A DNA stretch of 63,323 nt, counting the filler, from Desulfonatronovibrionaceae bacterium (GTDB lineage: Bacteria > Desulfobacterota > Desulfovibrionia > Desulfovibrionales > Desulfonatronovibrionaceae): the NCBI GenBank assembly GCA_046539845.1. It is 3 parts of 2 records of this genome, joined end to end, with 100 filler letters (N's around TTAATTAATTAA, not from the genome) between each part and the next. Parts side by side here need not be neighbours in the genome. Positions count along the whole stretch, not along the records: positions 13,037 to 32,123 come from JBKHGE010000005.1; 2 more parts are not named here. One strand, written 5' to 3'. The notes below the pieces were generated by a model, which was not told where the DNA came from, searched no databases, and worked only from the letters and a program-made list of their open reading frames with translations. Within the stretch, counting starts at the first letter, position 1. Every line of letters starts with the position of its first letter. Made by a program: the position numbers and the translations under genes. Shown here piece after piece: positions 18,820 to 28,787 of this stretch.

Positions 18820-19564
18820 AGCTGCGTTCCTGCGGAGCGACAAATGAGGATAGCTTCTCGTAAACAAACCTGGGATTGTTGTTCTCCAGAATGGAGCGGG
18901 CCCCCTGGAAAATAATCTCCAAATGCAAGACTTCCTGCTGGCTACGACTCTTTAGCTTGCCCGCGGTAGGCAAAAAAATCAGGTTAGCCATAAGCGCGCC
19001 GTAAAAAGTGGTCAATATGGCCACGGCCATGGCCGGCCCGACTGAGCTGGGATCGTCCAGTCTGGTGAGCATTTGGACCAAACCTATGAGCGTCCCGATC
19101 ATCCCGAAACCCGGTGCAAACGCCCCCATCTTCCTGAACACATCCTGGGCCACAGCATGTCGCTTTCGCATGGCGCTTATTTCAAACCGCAGGGTCTCAG
19201 TGATCATGACCGGGTCGGCATTGTCCGCAATCAGCTGACAGGCCTTTTTTAAGACATTGTTGTCGGTTTTAATATGCTCCAGGGCCAAAAGTCCGTCTCT
19301 GCGGCTGATCTCCGCCACCCGAACCATAGTATTCACAATCTCGTTCGGAGACACCTTCCGGCTGCCAAAGATGTTAAAGGCGGCTTTTATGGCCTTGAAG
19401 ATCTCGTCCACCGGGAAATTGATGCAGGTAGCCGCAAAGGTCCCGCCGAGAACAATCATAAGGCCGGGAATGTTCAAAAAGACATCCACCGCTCCGCCCA
19501 CGAAAATGGCCCCTATGACCAGGGAAAATCCGGCAATGAACCCGAAAAATGTTGCAATATCCAT
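18806..19564 (-). CDS. motA: Flagellar stator MotA/PomA
   Basis: RRDGLLALE, APGFGMIGTLIGLV and AILTTFYG motifs. Confidence 0.9.
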   Translation of the reverse strand: MDIATFFGFIAGFSLVIGAIFVGGAVDVFLNIPGLMIVLGGTFAATCINFPVDEIFKAIKAAFNIFGSRKVSPNEIVNTMVRVAEISRRDGLLALEHIKTDNNVLKKACQLIADNADPVMITETLRFEISAMRKRHAVAQDVFRKMGAFAPGFGMIGTLIGLVQMLTRLDDPSSVGPAMAVAILTTFYGALMANLIFLPTAGKLKSRSQQEVLHLEIIFQGARSILENNNPRFVYEKLSSFVAPQERSYDRT

Positions 19565-19784
19565 AGTTTCAAACTAGTTTTGAGTTTGCTGTGGGCTAAA
19601 AACGGAGCACCAGCTCGTTTCTCTCCTCCGCAAAACGGTCTTCAAAACGCCGGCCGGGCAGGAGCCCTGCCTGCTGCACTTTTTGGAGACAGCTTCCCGG
19701 CCATGCAAACAGTCCCGCGCCGGTACTGTCTGCCCCTGACCCGGGTAAGGAAAAACAACCTATGGGATCAAAAGCATAAAGTTC

Positions 19785-20630
19785 ATGATCATGCAAAATC
19801 AGAAAAAAGTCCAGAGCGCAGTTGAATACCTAAAGGAGAAGGCCCCGTTCAGGCCAAAAACAGCCGTGGTCCTGGGCAGCGGCCTGGGCGGGGAGGCACA
19901 AGAATCCGATATCGCCTGCAGCCTAGCCTATGCAGATATACCCGGTTTTTCGCCTTCTACAGTCAAAGGGCACGGGGATTTTTTGCATTTCATGGACAGC
20001 GAGTCAAGGACAACAGCCGTACTGTCCGGCAGGAGCCACCTTTACGAGGGGCTTAGCCCGGAGGAGATAGCCCGCCCGGTGCGTACCCTAGCCCTTCTGG
20101 GGGCAAACAGGCTGGTGATCACCAACGCTGCCGGAGCCCTGAATCCTTTGTTCAATATCCCTTCACTCATGCTCATAACCGATCATATTAATTTCACCGG
20201 CTGTAATCCCTTGTCCGGACCGAACAGAGATGAATGGGGGCCCAGATTCCCGGACATGAGCTGTATCTATTCCCGGGACCTCATTTACACCGCCGAGGAG
20301 TGCGCCTTGAAACTGGGCATGGCAATACACAAGGGGGTATACATAGGCATTCCCGGTCCCAGCCTGGAGACCCCGGCCGAGACCAGGGCCTTCCGACGTC
20401 TGGGAGCGGACGCAATCGGCATGAGCACTGTATTGGAAAGCATTGCCGCCAGACATATGGGCATGGAGATCCTGGGGATATCCTGTCTAACCAACAAAAA
20501 CCTCCCGGACTGCATGCAAGAGACTTCGCACGAAAAGATCCTGGAGCAGGCAAAAAAAGTCAATCAGGACCTGCATACCCTTCTGGGAGCCGTGCTTGAG
20601 GCCCTTTACCACAAAGACTCCCGGCCATGA
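19785..20630 (+). CDS. punA: Purine nucleoside phosphorylase I (trimeric)
   Basis: LGSGLG, GRSHLYEG, TNAAG, GPSLETPAE and GMST motifs. Confidence 0.9.
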   Translation: MIMQNQKKVQSAVEYLKEKAPFRPKTAVVLGSGLGGEAQESDIACSLAYADIPGFSPSTVKGHGDFLHFMDSESRTTAVLSGRSHLYEGLSPEEIARPVRTLALLGANRLVITNAAGALNPLFNIPSLMLITDHINFTGCNPLSGPNRDEWGPRFPDMSCIYSRDLIYTAEECALKLGMAIHKGVYIGIPGPSLETPAETRAFRRLGADAIGMSTVLESIAARHMGMEILGISCLTNKNLPDCMQETSHEKILEQAKKVNQDLHTLLGAVLEALYHKDSRP

Positions 20631-22276
20631 ACAGCGTGGACACCGAACACATCCTTCGGGAACTCAAAGACAATCTCCGGAAAAAAGACGTCATAAAAGC
20701 GGATATCGTCCTGTCTTATTTGGAAGATACCGAATCTCGGACCAGGGAAAAGGCCTTTGCCCTGCTGGAGTCGGCTGACCCGGAATTCTTCTTTGATCTT
20801 GTCCGACATATGGAAAAGGGCAACCCGGACATTTTAAGCACCCACCCGGAAATACATAAAATCCTCTCCACTCAGGCCCTGAAGTCTCCTGGGGCACTCT
20901 GCGCACGCATAAACGCCCCGGAGGGCCCGAGTCCCTCCTTGATCCGGACCGCAGGCGAGACCGATCTGCCCCAGGCCGTGCCCGTCTTAAAAGAGATACT
21001 AGAATCTAATCCGGACCCGGCAACAGCCAGGGACACTCTCCAGGCGCTGGGCGCAGTGGCTGATCCCGGCAGTGTGAACAGTATAAGCAGATATCTGTAT
21101 GCTGCGGACAACCGGACCATAAGCGAGGCCATAAGGGCCCTGGCCGAGATCGGAACGCCTACGGCCATGCGACGTTTGGCCGAGTCCATGGGCGGTAATC
21201 ATCAGACCGATCTTTTGATCCTGGACCTCTTTTCCCGCATCCAGGACGATACAGCCATAACCAAACTAAGCGAGACCCTAAGCTCCCATTATGCCCACCT
21301 GCGAGGCTACGCCAAGGCCAAGCTGGCGGGCATAGGGAAAAAAGCGGTCCCGTTTTTGACCCGCAATCTCTTGCACGAGGACCCGGATCTGCGCATCCAC
21401 TCCCTGAACCTTTTGGGAGAGATCCAGGACTCTAGCGCGTACCCAGCTATCCGCAAGCTCCTAAACGAACAGCCTAAGGACCCCAACGTCCGATTCGCTG
21501 CCTACGAGACGCTGGGCACGATTTTTGCCCGGGGAGGGGCGCATACTCTGGCAAACGGGCTCCTTGATCCGGAAGAGCAGGTGCGCCTTGCAGCAGCCGG
21601 GGCAATTGAAAACAATCTCAACGGGCTTTTGAGCGCCGGAATTGCCAACATGCTTGAGCTGGGGGAAAAAGAAAGAAAAAATATCTGCGCGGCGATCATT
21701 AATTCCAGGGCCCGGAAATTATTTACCGCCCTGCTTTCAAATCAGGATTTCCGGGCTGTCGCCATAAGGCGGCTTAAAAATGACTCCCCCCGGGATCTGC
21801 GCACCTATTTTGCCGCAATCCTGGATAAAAACGGATACGAAGAAGAGGCCGCCGAGCTGCTCCGGGAGGAGACAGAAAAAGGAAAGCGGCCCCTGGCCCT
21901 GGCAGTGGACGATTCAGACATGATCTTGAATATATACAAGAACGCCCTGTACGGCCTGGGCTACGAGCCGGTCCTTTTTAACCGGCCGGAAAAGGCCCTG
22001 AAATGGCTCCATAAAAACCGCCCCCGGGTCATGTTCACCGACCTGAACATGCCGGAAATGACCGGTGTGGAACTCATTCAAAAGACAAGAAAGCTTCATC
22101 CCCGAATCGAACTGCCGGTGATAATGATCACCACCCAAAACGAAATCCAGGACAATCAGGACGCCATCCGGGCCGGGGCCACCCGAGTGGGACGCAAACC
22201 TTTCTCCGCCCACTCCCTGCGGGAAATACTCCAGGGAGTCGGGGAGGCCGCCGGAAGTCAGGACGGACGACAATAA
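20627..22276 (+). CDS. HEAT-repeat protein with C-terminal receiver domain
   Basis: Repeated helical units (DPDLRIHSLNLLG, DPNVRFAAYETLG); AVDDS, TDLNMP and KPF receiver motifs. Confidence 0.85.
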   Translation: MNSVDTEHILRELKDNLRKKDVIKADIVLSYLEDTESRTREKAFALLESADPEFFFDLVRHMEKGNPDILSTHPEIHKILSTQALKSPGALCARINAPEGPSPSLIRTAGETDLPQAVPVLKEILESNPDPATARDTLQALGAVADPGSVNSISRYLYAADNRTISEAIRALAEIGTPTAMRRLAESMGGNHQTDLLILDLFSRIQDDTAITKLSETLSSHYAHLRGYAKAKLAGIGKKAVPFLTRNLLHEDPDLRIHSLNLLGEIQDSSAYPAIRKLLNEQPKDPNVRFAAYETLGTIFARGGAHTLANGLLDPEEQVRLAAAGAIENNLNGLLSAGIANMLELGEKERKNICAAIINSRARKLFTALLSNQDFRAVAIRRLKNDSPRDLRTYFAAILDKNGYEEEAAELLREETEKGKRPLALAVDDSDMILNIYKNALYGLGYEPVLFNRPEKALKWLHKNRPRVMFTDLNMPEMTGVELIQKTRKLHPRIELPVIMITTQNEIQDNQDAIRAGATRVGRKPFSAHSLREILQGVGEAAGSQDGRQ

Positions 22277-22314
22277 ACCATATTTAGGACCTGTAAATCC
22301 AAAGGATATCTCTG

Positions 22315-23958
22315 ATGCGCATAGGAATCCTGCAGCTCAATCCCAAAATCAACGATCTTGTCGGAAACGCGGACAAGATCGTCAGCCGGGTCAGGCGGGC
22401 CAGGGACCAGGGGGCAGAGCTGTGCATCACTCCGGAAATGGCTTTAATCGGCTATCCGCCCAAGGATTTCCTCTTTTACTCCTCGGTAATAGACAAATGC
22501 CTGGATACAGCCGTGGACTTGGCCCGGGAAATCTCGGGGGTGTGTCCGTTGATTTTGGGTATGCCCCTATATTCCGATGACCGCCGTTTTCTTTTTAATG
22601 CGGCGGCCCTGGTACATTCCGGAAAAATCGTAGCCAGTACTGCCAAAACCCTGCTACCCAATTACGACGTATTCGATGAATCCAGATACTTTGTTCCCCA
22701 TCCCCAGCCGCAGATATTTGCGATAAACGGCCGCAGACTCGGGATCACCGTGTGCGAGGATATCTGGAACGACAAAAATTTCTGGGAGTCGCCGCGCTAC
22801 GACTTAGACCCGGTGCATACCCTGGTTCGGTCCGGAGCGGAGATAATCATAAACATCTCCGCCTCTCCATTCAGCCTGGGCAAACAAAAAACCCGGGAGG
22901 CCATGCTCTCCAGCCAGGCCCACAGACACAGAGTGCCCATTGCTTACTGCAACCAGTGCGGCGGAAATGACGATCTCATATTCGACGGATTCAGCTGCGC
23001 CCTGGACCAATCCGGCCGGGTTTTTGCCCGGGCACCCGGTTTTGCCGAACATACCCTGATCGCGGACATGACCAAAAGATCGGATGCAGACCTCTTTCCC
23101 CTGTGCGTGAACAAAGAGGAGGAGGCCTGGGAGGCCATGGTCCTAGGATGTCGAGACTATGCGGACAAATGCGGATTCAAGCGGGTAGTCCTGGGACTCT
23201 CCGGGGGAATAGACTCTGCTCTGACCGCTGCCGTGGCCGCACAAGCCGTGGGGCCGGGGAATGTGCTCTGCGCAATGCTGCCCTCCCCATACACCAGCCG
23301 GACCAGCCAGGAAGACTCCCGCCGCCTGGCCGAAAACCTGGGCGTGGAGCTCATAAATCTATCCATCTCTGGAGCCATGCAGGAGTTCGCGGCCATTCTT
23401 ACCCCCGTGTTTTCCGGGCTCCCCAAGGGCGTAACCGAGGAAAACATCCAGGCCCGCATTCGGGGAAACCTGCTCATGGCCCTAGCCAACAAGCTGGGGG
23501 CCCTGCTTTTGACCACCGGCAACAAATCCGAACTTGCGGTCGGCTACTGCACCATTTACGGGGATATGGCCGGAGGACTGGGAGTACTATCCGATGTGCC
23601 CAAAACAATGGTCTACTCCCTCTCCCGATGGCTCAACCAAAAAAAGGGGCGGGAAATCATCCCGGAAAACATCCTGATCAAGGCGCCGAGCGCGGAACTC
23701 AAACCAGGACAAAAAGACCAGGATTCCCTGCCCCAGTATGAGACACTGGACCAAATCCTGTATTTCCTTTTGCAGAGATTCGAATCCGTCTCTGAGATAA
23801 CCGCGCGGGGCTTTTCTAAAAAAGAAGTCCAAAAAATAGCCGCTTTGGTCCACCGTTCGGAATTCAAGCGCAAGCAGGCCCCGCCGGGACTGAAAATCAC
23901 CGATCGTGCCTTTGGCACCGGCTGGAGAATGCCCATTGCCAGCTACCGGCTGACTTGA
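22315..23958 (+). CDS. nadE: Glutamine-dependent NAD+ synthetase
   Basis: Nitrilase domain (PE, K, VCEDIW) plus LGLSGGIDS, ENIQAR, GNKSE and PSAEL. Confidence 0.95.
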   Translation: MRIGILQLNPKINDLVGNADKIVSRVRRARDQGAELCITPEMALIGYPPKDFLFYSSVIDKCLDTAVDLAREISGVCPLILGMPLYSDDRRFLFNAAALVHSGKIVASTAKTLLPNYDVFDESRYFVPHPQPQIFAINGRRLGITVCEDIWNDKNFWESPRYDLDPVHTLVRSGAEIIINISASPFSLGKQKTREAMLSSQAHRHRVPIAYCNQCGGNDDLIFDGFSCALDQSGRVFARAPGFAEHTLIADMTKRSDADLFPLCVNKEEEAWEAMVLGCRDYADKCGFKRVVLGLSGGIDSALTAAVAAQAVGPGNVLCAMLPSPYTSRTSQEDSRRLAENLGVELINLSISGAMQEFAAILTPVFSGLPKGVTEENIQARIRGNLLMALANKLGALLLTTGNKSELAVGYCTIYGDMAGGLGVLSDVPKTMVYSLSRWLNQKKGREIIPENILIKAPSAELKPGQKDQDSLPQYETLDQILYFLLQRFESVSEITARGFSKKEVQKIAALVHRSEFKRKQAPPGLKITDRAFGTGWRMPIASYRLT

Positions 23959-24003
23959 ATTGGAAACCAGCCGGAACAGGGCCCGGCCTTGTGCAGTTAA
24001 CCC

Positions 24004-24033
24004 TTGACGTTAAATCCGGATTGTGAGTATAAT
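24004..24033 (+). promoter_or_regulatory. Sigma70 promoter
   Basis: TTGACG-N18-TATAAT; the expected start site falls at or next to the leader ATG (24041). Confidence 0.75.
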
Positions 24034-24040
24034 TTTTCAT

Positions 24041-24121
24041 ATGAAAAGTTTCAGCACTGCGGACTTTTTCCTGTTTTTTAATTTTTTTATTTTCCGAGGG
24101 GAAACTGGGTCCGTGGTGTAA
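24041..24121 (+). CDS. Phe-rich attenuator leader peptide MKSFSTADFFLFFNFFIFRGETGSVV
   Basis: 26 aa with 8 Phe codons (7 within 10 codons), followed by overlapping antiterminator/terminator stems. Confidence 0.8.
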   Translation: MKSFSTADFFLFFNFFIFRGETGSVV

Positions 24122-24146
24122 AGACAAAAACACCGCCAAGGTACAG

Positions 24147-24177
24147 GGCCACGGACCAAAAGTCCGTGGCCTTTTTT
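24147..24177 (+). terminator. Attenuator terminator hairpin
   Basis: GGCCACGGAC-caaaa-GTCCGTGGCC-TTTTTT, 29 nt upstream of the ligase start. Confidence 0.85.
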
Positions 24178-24206
24178 ATGCAATTTAAAAATCAAAGGAG
24201 GGCCTC

Positions 24207-25511
24207 ATGATCCTGAACGTGGAAAAGGAAACCCTGCCCCGGGACGAGCTCAAACAGCTGCAGACCCAAAGGCTCAAATATCTGGTGGACAAGGCTTACC
24301 ACAACGTCCCCTTTTACCGGGAAAAATTCAAGGAGCAGGATCTGCGGCCGGAGCATATAAACTCATTATCCGACCTCAAATATCTCCCGCTGACTGAAAA
24401 GCAGGATTTGCGCAACAACTATCCGTTCGGACTGTTCGCCGTTCCCCAAGAGAACGTGGTCCGGGTGCACGCCTCCTCCGGGACCACAGGCAAGGCCACT
24501 GTGGTCGGATACACTCAGAGGGACGTAAACAACTGGGCCCACCTCATGGCCCGCTCCCTGATGGCTTCCGGAGCCACCCGCAGGGACGTGGTCCACAACG
24601 CATACGGCTATGGCCTTTTTACCGGCGGGCTTGGGGTGCACTACGGCGCAGAGGCCCTGGGCGCAACCATCATGCCTGTTTCCGGCGGAGGAACCAAGCG
24701 CCAGGTGATGCTCATGCGCGATTTCGGTCCTACAGTGCTCTGCTGCACTCCTTCTTACAGCCTGCATCTGTTTGAATCCGCCCTGGCCGCGGGAATAAAT
24801 GTCTCCGATCTGAAACTCAAGATCGGGATTTTCGGCGCAGAACCCTGGACCGAAGAGATGCGTCGGGACATTGAGTCTAAGCTGAACATAACCGCCCTGG
24901 ACATCTACGGCCTTTCCGAAATCATGGGCCCGGGAGTGGGTATGGAATGCGCCGCCGCCCAAGACGGCCTGCACATCTGGGAGGACCACTTCCTGGCAGA
25001 GATCATCGATCCCGGCACCCGGGAAGTATTGCCCCCGGGCGAGACTGGAGAGCTGGTCATAACTACCCTGACCAAAGAGGCCCAGCCGCTCATCAGATAC
25101 CGGACTCGGGATATAACCCGCCTCAATCCTGTCCCCTGCAAATGCGGCCGGACACATTACAAGATCGATCGTCTCAAGGGCCGTAGCGACGATATGCTCA
25201 TTATTCGAGGAGTAAACGTCTTTCCCTCCCAGATCGAAAGCGTCCTTCTGGAAACAGAAGGGCTCTCCCCACACTACGTACTGTATGTGGATCGGGAAGG
25301 TTCCATGGATACCCTGGAAATACGGGTCGAGGTTGACGAAAACATCTTTTCCGACGAAATTAAACACCTGCAAAGATTGGAGCACAAAATCTCTTCGCAT
25401 ATAAAAGAATTTTTGGGTGTAACCGCAAAGGTCAGTCTGGTGGAGCCCCGGAGCATATCCCGGTCCGAAGGCAAGGCCCAGAGGATCGTTGACCTACGCA
25501 AAAAGGACTAG
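24207..25511 (+). CDS. paaK: Phenylacetate-CoA ligase
   Basis: [33 protein letters not shown] and GRSDDM motifs. Confidence 0.9.
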   Translation: MILNVEKETLPRDELKQLQTQRLKYLVDKAYHNVPFYREKFKEQDLRPEHINSLSDLKYLPLTEKQDLRNNYPFGLFAVPQENVVRVHASSGTTGKATVVGYTQRDVNNWAHLMARSLMASGATRRDVVHNAYGYGLFTGGLGVHYGAEALGATIMPVSGGGTKRQVMLMRDFGPTVLCCTPSYSLHLFESALAAGINVSDLKLKIGIFGAEPWTEEMRRDIESKLNITALDIYGLSEIMGPGVGMECAAAQDGLHIWEDHFLAEIIDPGTREVLPPGETGELVITTLTKEAQPLIRYRTRDITRLNPVPCKCGRTHYKIDRLKGRSDDMLIIRGVNVFPSQIESVLLETEGLSPHYVLYVDREGSMDTLEIRVEVDENIFSDEIKHLQRLEHKISSHIKEFLGVTAKVSLVEPRSISRSEGKAQRIVDLRKKD

Positions 25512-25520
25512 GAGGAAAGA

Positions 25521-25952
25521 ATGAAAGTCGAACAAATATCCATATTTTTGGAAAACAGAGCGGGCAGGCTGGAAGAAGTGACCAGGACTTTGACCGAGGC
25601 CGGAGTGAATATCCGGGCCCTCTCTCTAGCCGACACCTCGGACTTTGGGATCTTGCGCCTGATCGTGACCGATTGTGAAAAGGCCAAAAAGGTACTTAAA
25701 GAAAACGGCTTCACAGTGGGCAGGACCAACGTGGTTGCAGCCGAGGTCGAGGACAGGCCCGGAGGACTGCACAAAATCCTCTCCCTTTTGAGTTCCAGGG
25801 GGATAAACGTGGAGTATATGTACGCCTTTGTCCAGCAAAGCGGCAAAAATGCAGTGCTCATATTCAGATTCGACCGCACCGATCAGGCCATAGAAGCTCT
25901 GCAGGAAAAAGGGGTGCGCATAATCCCCGGAGACGAGCTATACAACATCTAA
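25521..25952 (+). CDS. Tandem ACT domain (amino-acid-binding) protein
   Basis: [13 protein letters not shown] and [16 protein letters not shown]. Confidence 0.9.
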   Translation: MKVEQISIFLENRAGRLEEVTRTLTEAGVNIRALSLADTSDFGILRLIVTDCEKAKKVLKENGFTVGRTNVVAAEVEDRPGGLHKILSLLSSRGINVEYMYAFVQQSGKNAVLIFRFDRTDQAIEALQEKGVRIIPGDELYNI

Positions 25953-26097
25953 ACGGCAGTCAGGTCTCGGACGGGTCCGGCGGCCCCGCAGCCGGGGACA
26001 ATCCGTTGGATTTTGCCTGCAAAACAGATGAAGTGCACAAGCAGAGACTCGGCAAATAAGATCCTCCCCGGACATAAAAAAACAAACGGAGAAAAGC

Positions 26098-27288
26098 ATG
26101 CCCAATCATTGCCAAAAATTCTTTCTTGCCTTTTTTATCCTCCTCTTTGGCTTGCTCCCGGCCTGTTCCGGTGAACAGGACCGGGAAAAAGAAACCGCGG
26201 ACACCAGCCGGGAAAGCGGACCGCAAAAAGAGCCGTATAAAATAGGCGCCGTCCTGCGACTGTCCAAAGGGGCCTCGGACGGGGTACCAGCCCGGGTGGG
26301 CACAGAACTGGCCGTGGATATGATCAATTCAGCCGGGGGGATAAACGGACGCGAGCTGAAAATCGTGTACTATGACAGCAAGGATGACGCCACTACTGCG
26401 GTTAATGCGGTCCAGAAGCTCATTTCCGTGGACGAGGTCCAGGCCGTGATCGGACCAATGATGAGCGGCAACGTCCTAGCCGCTGCTCCACTTTGTCAGC
26501 GTTCAGAGGTGGTCATGATCACCCCCACGGGGACCTCTCCCAAAATCACCGGGGCCGGAGACTATATCTTCCGGGTATGCAGTCGGATAGACCTGCAGGC
26601 CAAGGCCCTGGTTAAAAAGGCTCTAGAAATGAGCGGGGATGAGCGACCAGAAGTGGCCATAATCTACAGCAACGAACCCTATGGCAAGGGATGCAGGAAA
26701 TTGTTCGTCAAGTACCTGGAACAGGAAGGCATCTCCCCGCAAGCGGTGGAATCCTTCCAGCGCGGGGATAAGGATTTCCAAGCCCAGCTGACCAAGATCA
26801 AATCCCTGGACCCGGATATCTTATTCATCCCGGGCTATCTGCAGGAAACCGCCCCTCTTGTCTCCCAGGCCAGACAAATGGGTATAGATGCCCTGAGCGT
26901 CGGGGTCTTCGGAGACATGGCCCCCCTTTATGTGGAGCTGGCAGGCAAGGCGGCCGAAGACCATCTGATAGCCGGGGAATACGACAAAGACTATGAAACA
27001 CAGATAAACTCTGAATTCAAATCAGCCTATGAACAAAAGCTCCGGGACAATCCCAATCTCCCGGACAATATTATGTTTGCCTCCCTGGCTTTTGATTCCG
27101 TACGCATGCTGGCCGAGGCTTTCCAAGAAGGGGCCCAAACCGGACCACAAATAAAGGGCTATCTGGACGAGCTGGAAAATTTCGACGGAGTAACCGGAAC
27201 GCTCTCTTTTGACTCCAACGGAGATATAGAAAAAGGTGGTGTATACTTGTTCCAGGTAAAAGAGGAAAAATACGAAAAGATAAATTAA
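26098..27288 (+). CDS. LivJ-type ABC substrate-binding lipoprotein
   Basis: Lipobox LPAC, INSAGGINGRELK and FDGVTGTLSFD. Confidence 0.9.
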   Translation: MPNHCQKFFLAFFILLFGLLPACSGEQDREKETADTSRESGPQKEPYKIGAVLRLSKGASDGVPARVGTELAVDMINSAGGINGRELKIVYYDSKDDATTAVNAVQKLISVDEVQAVIGPMMSGNVLAAAPLCQRSEVVMITPTGTSPKITGAGDYIFRVCSRIDLQAKALVKKALEMSGDERPEVAIIYSNEPYGKGCRKLFVKYLEQEGISPQAVESFQRGDKDFQAQLTKIKSLDPDILFIPGYLQETAPLVSQARQMGIDALSVGVFGDMAPLYVELAGKAAEDHLIAGEYDKDYETQINSEFKSAYEQKLRDNPNLPDNIMFASLAFDSVRMLAEAFQEGAQTGPQIKGYLDELENFDGVTGTLSFDSNGDIEKGGVYLFQVKEEKYEKIN

Positions 27289-27312
27289 GTTCAGCCCCAC
27301 CGGATAAAGACC

Positions 27313-27361
27313 AGGCCGTCCGCTCCCGGACTTTACTCCCGGCGGGCGGCCTTTAACTTTT
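27313..27361 (+). terminator. Hairpin downstream of SBP gene
   Basis: AGGCCGTCCGC...GCGGGCGGCCT followed by TTAACTTTTT. Confidence 0.55.
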
Positions 27362-27688
27362 TCCGGCTGGAGGCAATCCCTAGCCAGAAACCCCGCCTCA
27401 CCTACCTTGAACTGCTAACTCACAAGATAAAGCAGGACTTCGCCTTTGCCACCGCCAAGCAAAATTTAAACCTAGACGTTTGCGATCACCGGGACCCGGC
27501 AATCGCTCTTTCCCTAAGTTGCCAGGAAACTGGAAACACCGCGGAAGAATCCGTCGCTTACCTATAAAGATTTTGCCCTATTTCTAAAGACGGGTCTATT
27601 TTTTATTGCATCCCAAAAAAGAGTGCTATACTTACCCGGGTGGATTGAGCCCCAAAAATACCAACCCATTGGAGGCACCCGGGAATTG

Positions 27689-28552
27689 ATGCTTACACAA
27701 CAACTGGTAAACGGCCTTGTCTCCGGATCCGCTTATGCCCTCGTGGCCCTGGGATACGCCCTGATTTACGGCGTACTCGGGCTTATCAATCTGGCCCAGG
27801 GCGAACTGTATATGATCGGCGCCTTTGGTCTCTGGGCGGCCGTCAGCTACCTGGGACTGGGCCTTCCGGGGGCTGTTCTGGCCGGCTTGGCTCTGGCCGG
27901 AGCAGCCGGACTGCTCATGGAACGGCTGGTCTTCCGCCCTCTACGGGGCAGGCATCCCCTAATCCCCATGCTGGGTGCGGTCGGCCTGTCCATTGTCCTG
28001 CAATCCGCTGCTCTGCTTGTTTTCGGACCGAATACACGGTCGTTCCCGCTGGCTATGGAATCCCGTGTCTGGGACCTGGGGCTGTTTCGGATAACCAGTC
28101 TGCAGATCATGCTCATGGCCTCAGCGTTGATCCTTATGCTCTTTTTACTGTGGTTTGTTAAGCATTCCCGGTCCGGAAAGGCCTTGGAAGCCGTATCCAT
28201 GGACCGGGAGGCGGCCCGAATGGTGGGCATAAACACCAATACCAGCGTGGCCAACGCCTTTTTCATCGGGGCTGTTTTGAGCGGGGCCGGGGGTATGATG
28301 ATGGCTGCATACTACAACGCCACCTTCCCGTACATGGGTATATTGCCCGGCCTCAAAGGATTTTGCGCCGCTGTTCTAGGCGGAGCCGGATCCATAACTG
28401 GAGCCATAATCGGCGGGCTCCTACTGGGCGTGGCCGAAAGCTTGGGCGCAGCCTATTTTTCCTCCGGATTCAAAGACGGATTCGCTTTCGCCCTTTTAAT
28501 TCTCATCCTCTTGTTTAAACCCACCGGCCTTTTGGGGCGCAAAAGGCCCTGA
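27689..28552 (+). CDS. LivH-type ABC permease
   Basis: QQLVNGL, INLAQGELYMIGA and AVLGGAGS motifs. Confidence 0.9.
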   Translation: MLTQQLVNGLVSGSAYALVALGYALIYGVLGLINLAQGELYMIGAFGLWAAVSYLGLGLPGAVLAGLALAGAAGLLMERLVFRPLRGRHPLIPMLGAVGLSIVLQSAALLVFGPNTRSFPLAMESRVWDLGLFRITSLQIMLMASALILMLFLLWFVKHSRSGKALEAVSMDREAARMVGINTNTSVANAFFIGAVLSGAGGMMMAAYYNATFPYMGILPGLKGFCAAVLGGAGSITGAIIGGLLLGVAESLGAAYFSSGFKDGFAFALLILILLFKPTGLLGRKRP

Positions 28553-28787
28553 CCCGGGAAAAAGAACCAGGCCAAGCGGCCTGCACCCCGGACATTAGCC
28601 GGAGATTGACCTTGCCAAGGGGGAAAAATATCACTAAATTCCAAAATGCGGGTTGCGCGGCCAGCGTAGACTCGCATTATTTTTGCCCCGCTAGCTCAAT
28701 TGCAAAAGTAAAATGTGTTACCCCGAGCAAATCTTTCGCCGGGATCAGGGACTGTTTCTAAACTATTTTGCGCCCAAAGGACAACGT

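Noticed and set aside
28685..28702. GCCCCGCTAGCTCAATTG resembles a tRNA 5' end
   Set aside because: No anticodon arm, T-arm (GTTCGA) or acceptor complement follows.
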